A stretch of 53,779 bases of DNA from Verrucomicrobiia bacterium. GTDB lineage: Bacteria > Verrucomicrobiota > Verrucomicrobiia > Limisphaerales > UBA11358. The notes beneath the pieces are model-generated. The model was not told where the DNA came from, did no database searches, and saw nothing but the letters and a program-made list of their open reading frames with translations. Shown in pieces: positions 50,005 through 53,779 of this stretch (position 1 is its first letter; the number at the start of each line of letters is the position of its first letter). Where the stretch lies: NCBI GenBank assembly GCA_037138135.1, contig JBAXIY010000001.1:1-53779 (forward strand), in the 5' to 3' direction. The position numbers were made by a program, and so were the translations under genes.

Positions 50005-52563
50005 ATGAGCAAAGATTTTACTCCCATTCCATCCATTCCTGCTGGCGTCAAACTTACGACGCTTGAAAACGGCCTCGTCATCATCGTGCGCGAGGACCAA
50101 AGCGCGCCGGTGGTCAGTGCGCAAGCGTGGGCGATGGCGGGCAGCATTCACGAAGGCAAATGGCTGGGCGCAGGTCTGTCGCACGTCCTCGAACACATGC
50201 TCTTCAAAGGCACGACGACGCGCGCGGGCAGTCGCATTGATCAGGAAGTGCAGGAAGCGGGCGGTTATATGAACGCCTACACGAGCTTCGATCGCACCGT
50301 TTATCACATCGACGTGCCGAACACGGGCGCGGTGAAGGCGATTGATATTTTGTGCGACATCATGCAGCACGCGAATTTGCCGCCGGATGAACTCGCCAAG
50401 GAAATGGATGTCATCCGCCGCGAAATGGACATGTGCCACGACGATCCGGGTCGCCGCGCGAGCCGCCGCCTGTTTGAAACGGCTTATACCAAGAGTCCGT
50501 ATCGCTTCACCATCATCGGCTATCCCGACATTTTCAACGAAGTGAAGCCGGACGATATCCGGAATTACTACACGGAAAAATATGCGCCCAACAATGTCTT
50601 CTTCGTCGTCGCCGGTGACGTGAAGAATGACGAAGTCGTCGCGCAAATCAAAACCGCCTACGCGAACAGCAAATCCAAGGCAATGCCGCCATCCGTCTTG
50701 CCGCTGGAACCGAAGCAGACCGCCGCGCGCGAAATCATCGAAGAATCCGCCGTGGAACTCGGTCACGTGCATTTCGCGTGGCACATTCCGGAACTGCGCC
50801 ATGTCGACGTGCCGGTGCTCGATGTGCTTTCCGTTTTGCTCGGCAGCGGCCGCAGCTCGCGCCTCTTCCAGCAAGTGCGCGAGAAGCAAGGCGTCGTGCA
50901 TCACGTGGACGCGTGGACTTACAGCCCCGGATTGCCGGGACTGTTCGGCATCAGCGCCGTCGTGGATGGCGACCAGTTTGAAGCGGCGAACAAAGCCATT
51001 CTCGCGGAGATCGAAAAAATAAAAATGATTTCCGTCTCCGCCAACGAATTGCAGAAGGCCATCAAACAATTCATTTCCGCCACGCTGTCGTCGCGCAAGA
51101 CGATGGAAGGTCAGGCGCAAAATCTCGGCGGCAACTGGCTCGCCGCGAACGACCTGAATTTCTCCGAGCGTTATCTCGCCGCCGTTAAAAACGTCACGCT
51201 CGCGGATGTGCAACGCGTCGCGCGCCATTATCTCACGCCGGAAAACCGCACGCTTTACGCGCTGCTGCCCGAAGGCGCTGCGCCCAAGGCCAAGGCGAAC
51301 GTCGAGAAGAACACCAACAACACCATCCAGAAAATCGTTTTGCCGAACGGCCTCACGCTGTTGGTGAAGGAAGATCATCGCCTGCCGTTCGTGGAATTTC
51401 GCGCCGTGTTCAAAGGCGGCGTGCTGGCCGAAAACGTCGCGAACAACGGCACGACCATGTTGCTCGCCAAGCTGCTTATCAAAGGCACCAAGACGCGCAG
51501 CGCGGAAAAGATCGCCACCGAGATCGAATCCGTCGGCGGCCACATTGACAGCTACGGCGGCAATAATAGTTTCGGCATCAACGCCGAAGTGTTGAGCGAA
51601 GATTTTGCGACCGGCCTCGACCTGCTCGCCGACGTCATCTTGAATCCCATTTTTCCGGCAGACGAATTGGAGCGCGAAAAGGAAGTCCAGATCGCCGGCA
51701 TCCGTTCGCGCAAAGATGAATTGCTCAAGAGCGCGAGTCTCGCGATGCGCCGTGCGCTGTTCGGCGAGACCGGCTACGGCTTGGATTCGCTCGGCTCGGA
51801 AGAATCCGCCGGGAAAGTTTCCGTCGCCGCGTTGCAAGAGTTTCATCACAAGCTCACCGCGCCGAACAATTGCGTCCTCGCGATTTTTGGCGATGTGAAG
51901 TTGAGCGACGTCAAAGCCGCCGTGGAAAAGGCATTTGGCAGATGGCAGATAGCAGATGGCAAATCGGGCAACCCCAACTCCCATCTCCCATCTCCTATCT
52001 CCAAAACTTCCCATCTCCCAATTCGCGTGGAAGAAACGCGCGACAAAAAGCAGGCCGTCCTCGTCATCGGGTTTCCCGGCACGACGCTCGGCAGCGATGA
52101 CCGTTACGCGCTCGATCTCTTGCAGGAATGTTGCAGCGACCTCGGCTCGCGTTTGTTTTTGCGCATCCGCGAACAGCTGGGCCTCGCTTACTACGTCGGC
52201 GCGCAGAATTTTACCGGCCTCGTGCCCGGCTACTTTGCGTTCTACACCGGCACCGAGCCGACCAAGATTGCGGAGGTCGAATCCGAATTGCTCAAGGAAG
52301 CCGAACTCTTGCGCACCGAAGGTTTGACCGCCGAAGAGTTGAAACGCGCCAAAGCCAAAATCATCGGCCAAAAGAAAATCGCGCGGGCCGACCTCGGCAA
52401 CCTCGCTTCCACTTCCGCGTTGGATGAACTTTACGGGCTGGGCTGGCAACGGGCGGATTTGGACGATGCCAAATACGACGCCGTGACGCTGGAACAGATC
52501 AAAGCCGCCGCGCAAAAATACCTGCAGCCCGACGCGTTGGTCATTTCCGTCGTAAAGCCGTAA
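50005..52563 (+). CDS. tandem (two-unit) M16-family zinc peptidase, PqqL/pitrilysin-like
   Basis: ATG 50005 (MSKDFTPIPS...). The first unit carries the inverted zincin motif HVLEHMLFKGT. A second inactive-type M16 unit follows. 852 aa from this start. Confidence 0.9.
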   Translation: MSKDFTPIPSIPAGVKLTTLENGLVIIVREDQSAPVVSAQAWAMAGSIHEGKWLGAGLSHVLEHMLFKGTTTRAGSRIDQEVQEAGGYMNAYTSFDRTVYHIDVPNTGAVKAIDILCDIMQHANLPPDELAKEMDVIRREMDMCHDDPGRRASRRLFETAYTKSPYRFTIIGYPDIFNEVKPDDIRNYYTEKYAPNNVFFVVAGDVKNDEVVAQIKTAYANSKSKAMPPSVLPLEPKQTAAREIIEESAVELGHVHFAWHIPELRHVDVPVLDVLSVLLGSGRSSRLFQQVREKQGVVHHVDAWTYSPGLPGLFGISAVVDGDQFEAANKAILAEIEKIKMISVSANELQKAIKQFISATLSSRKTMEGQAQNLGGNWLAANDLNFSERYLAAVKNVTLADVQRVARHYLTPENRTLYALLPEGAAPKAKANVEKNTNNTIQKIVLPNGLTLLVKEDHRLPFVEFRAVFKGGVLAENVANNGTTMLLAKLLIKGTKTRSAEKIATEIESVGGHIDSYGGNNSFGINAEVLSEDFATGLDLLADVILNPIFPADELEREKEVQIAGIRSRKDELLKSASLAMRRALFGETGYGLDSLGSEESAGKVSVAALQEFHHKLTAPNNCVLAIFGDVKLSDVKAAVEKAFGRWQIADGKSGNPNSHLPSPISKTSHLPIRVEETRDKKQAVLVIGFPGTTLGSDDRYALDLLQECCSDLGSRLFLRIREQLGLAYYVGAQNFTGLVPGYFAFYTGTEPTKIAEVESELLKEAELLRTEGLTAEELKRAKAKIIGQKKIARADLGNLASTSALDELYGLGWQRADLDDAKYDAVTLEQIKAAAQKYLQPDALVISVVKP
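51937..52020. repeat. periodic-arm inverted repeat (heptads GGCAGAT / CTCCCAT) inside the M16 peptidase CDS, in frame
   Basis: GGCAGAT GGCAGAT AGCAGAT GGCAAAT (51937-51964, tail CGGGCA to 51970) faces CTCCCAT CTCCCAT CTCCTAT CTCC...CCCATCTCCCA (51978-52020). Units are complementary at 6/7 positions (C-C mismatch per unit). 84 nt = 28 codons, starting on a codon boundary, encoding GRWQIADGKSGNPNSHLPSPISKTSHLP. Confidence 0.7.
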
Positions 52564-52578
52564 TGCTTGATCAAGGTA

Positions 52579-52609
52579 GGGCGGCGCTGCTGCGCCGCCC
52601 TTTTTATTT
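52579..52609 (+). terminator. intrinsic terminator of the M16 peptidase gene
   Basis: GGGCGGCGC-TGCT-GCGCCGCCC followed by TTTTTATTT, 16 nt after the stop. Confidence 0.85.
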
Positions 52610-52635
52610 GGGCTGACCCGCAGGTCAGCCCTACC
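52610..52635. repeat. second GC-rich hairpin closing a GGTAGGGC...GCCCTACC element
   Basis: GGGCTGACC-CGCA-GGTCAGCCC followed by TACC. Together with GGTAGGGC at 52575 the two hairpins are bracketed by GGTAGGGC / GCCCTACC. Confidence 0.5.
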
Positions 52636-52644
52636 AAATTTTAG

Positions 52645-52681
52645 AAAACAAAAACGGCGTCCAACTTTCGTTGGACGCCGT
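52645..52681 (-). terminator. intrinsic terminator of rpoC
   Basis: On the minus strand ACGGCGTCCAAC-GAAA-GTTGGACGCCGT is followed by TTTTTGTTTT, about 20 nt after the rpoC stop. Confidence 0.85.
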
Positions 52682-52699
52682 GTGTAATTTGGGCTCAGC

Positions 52700-53779
52700 T
52701 TAGGCGAGCAGCGGATTTTCCGCTTCGGTCGCTTCGGCTTCGGTCGGTTCCGGTTCTTCCGGCAATTCGACGAGCGGATCGAGCGTGACCTTGCGATACA
52801 TATCAAAGCCGGAGCCGGCCGGGATGATGTGGCCCATGATGACGTTTTCCTTGAAGCCGCGGAGGCTATCAATCTTGGAACGCGTCGCGGCTTCGGTGAG
52901 CACGCGGGTGGTGTCCTGGAAGGACGCGGCGCTGAGGAAGCTGTCGGTCTCGAGCGAGGCTTTGGTGATGCCGAGCAGCACGGGCACGGCTTCCGCCGGC
53001 TTGCCACCCTTCTTCTCCACGGCTTCGTTTTCGGCTTCGAATTCCAGCTTGTCCACCTGTTCGCCCCAGAGGAATTGGGTGTCGCCGGTTTCGGTGACGC
53101 GAATCTTGCGGAGCATCTGGCGCACGATGATCTCGATGTGCTTGTCGTTAATCGTCACGCCTTGGAGACGATAGACTTCCTGCACTTCGCTGACCAAGTG
53201 TTCCTGCAATTCCTGCGGGCCGCAGACGTCCAGAATTTCGTGCGGGTCCATCGGGCCTTCGGTGAGCTGCTGGCCTTTCTTGACCAAGTCGCCCTTGAAG
53301 ACGATGACGTGTTTGCCGATCGGGATGAGGTGTTCCTCTTCCAGGCCGGTGACGGCGTCTTTGATGAGCACGCAGCGCTTGCCGCGCACGCTGGGACCGA
53401 AGTCGGCGATACCGTCGATCTTGGAGATCTCGGAGGCGTCTTTCGGACGGCGGGCTTCGAACAATTCGGCCACGCGCGGGAGACCGCCCGTGATGTCGCG
53501 GGTCTTGGCCTGCTTACGCGGGGTCTTGGCGATGAGGGTGCCGGGCACAATGGTGTCCTTCTCGTTGACGACGACGTGCGCGCCCGAGGGAATCGGGTAG
53601 TTCGCGACGACTTCGCCCTTCTCGTCGGACATGATGATCTGCGGATGCAAATCTTCTTTGTGGTCGATGATGACCATGGATTCTTCGCCGGTGGCTTCGT
53701 CCACTTCCTGTTTCATCGTCACACCTTCGATGATGTCATGGAATTTAACTTTACCAGCCTTCTCGGAGAGAATCGGCAC
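52700..53779 (-). CDS. rpoC: DNA-directed RNA polymerase subunit beta' (C-terminal part; 5' end outside window)
   Basis: The 359-aa open frame runs off the right edge. ...[16 protein letters not shown]..., [20 protein letters not shown] and [13 protein letters not shown]...D.L.G.KENVI.G..IPAGSG are conserved beta' C-terminal blocks. Confidence 0.95.
   Translation of the reverse strand: MPILSEKAGKVKFHDIIEGVTMKQEVDEATGEESMVIIDHKEDLHPQIIMSDEKGEVVANYPIPSGAHVVVNEKDTIVPGTLIAKTPRKQAKTRDITGGLPRVAELFEARRPKDASEISKIDGIADFGPSVRGKRCVLIKDAVTGLEEEHLIPIGKHVIVFKGDLVKKGQQLTEGPMDPHEILDVCGPQELQEHLVSEVQEVYRLQGVTINDKHIEIIVRQMLRKIRVTETGDTQFLWGEQVDKLEFEAENEAVEKKGGKPAEAVPVLLGITKASLETDSFLSAASFQDTTRVLTEAATRSKIDSLRGFKENVIMGHIIPAGSGFDMYRKVTLDPLVELPEEPEPTEAEATEAENPLLA

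Noticed and set aside
10236-52020. Whether the periodic repeats could be CRISPR arrays or minisatellite-type VNTRs
   Set aside because: The units are only 6-9 nt with no unique spacers, each locus has at most ~5 units per arm, and the two arms are complementary. No cas genes are present, so this is not CRISPR. They are reported instead as a hairpin repeat class.
49996-53007. 1,003-aa minus-strand ORF, the second-longest ORF in the track
   Set aside because: It is antisense to the M16 peptidase gene, runs through two terminators and continues out of frame into the rpoC 3' end. The product is dominated by Arg/Ala/Gly/Phe runs with no domain. It is worth noting only as a warning that ORF length is not evidence of coding in this genome.

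Overview
This is a 53.8-kb chromosomal segment, roughly 55-60% G+C by hand counts of a few lines. Its gene content looks typical of Verrucomicrobiota/Planctomycetota: a prepilin-type H-X9-DG protein, a Tat-signal Gfo/Idh/MocA oxidoreductase next to a xylose-isomerase-like TIM-barrel protein, and mostly Shine-Dalgarno-poor, AT-rich start contexts. I call about 45 protein-coding genes. Most are housekeeping or transport genes: rpoC 3' end, smc, purB, rpe, rpsT, lolCE/lolD, apbE, an RluA-family synthase, an M16 peptidase, OPT/MFS/DMT transporters, a hybrid histidine kinase and a Ser/Thr kinase. I did not recognise any rRNA, tRNA, CRISPR array, integrase, transposase or classical defence gene. The most interesting points are these. 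(1) A SAM-I riboswitch with a readable terminator/antiterminator sits in front of a ThrC-like / ThiS-MoaD-like (C-terminal GG) / NIL-domain operon. I read this as a protein-thiocarboxylate route to homocysteine. A ~400-bp low-G+C gene for a 4-TM protein is wedged precisely inside this operon. (2) A family of inverted repeats has arms that are themselves short tandem arrays of 6-9 nt units. They occur in intergenic regions, in the riboswitch-controlled 5' UTR, over a start codon, and in frame inside the M16 peptidase gene. (3) Three translationally coupled CNNM/CorC paralogues lie in tandem. (4) A solitary RelE/ParE-like toxin gene has no visible antitoxin. (5) A same-strand string of methyltransferase, unknown 149-aa protein, OPT, MFS and a small membrane protein may form one unit. 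Many very long ORFs in the six-frame track are antisense shadows of real genes and are rejected. All family assignments come from motif recognition by eye and none was checked against a database.
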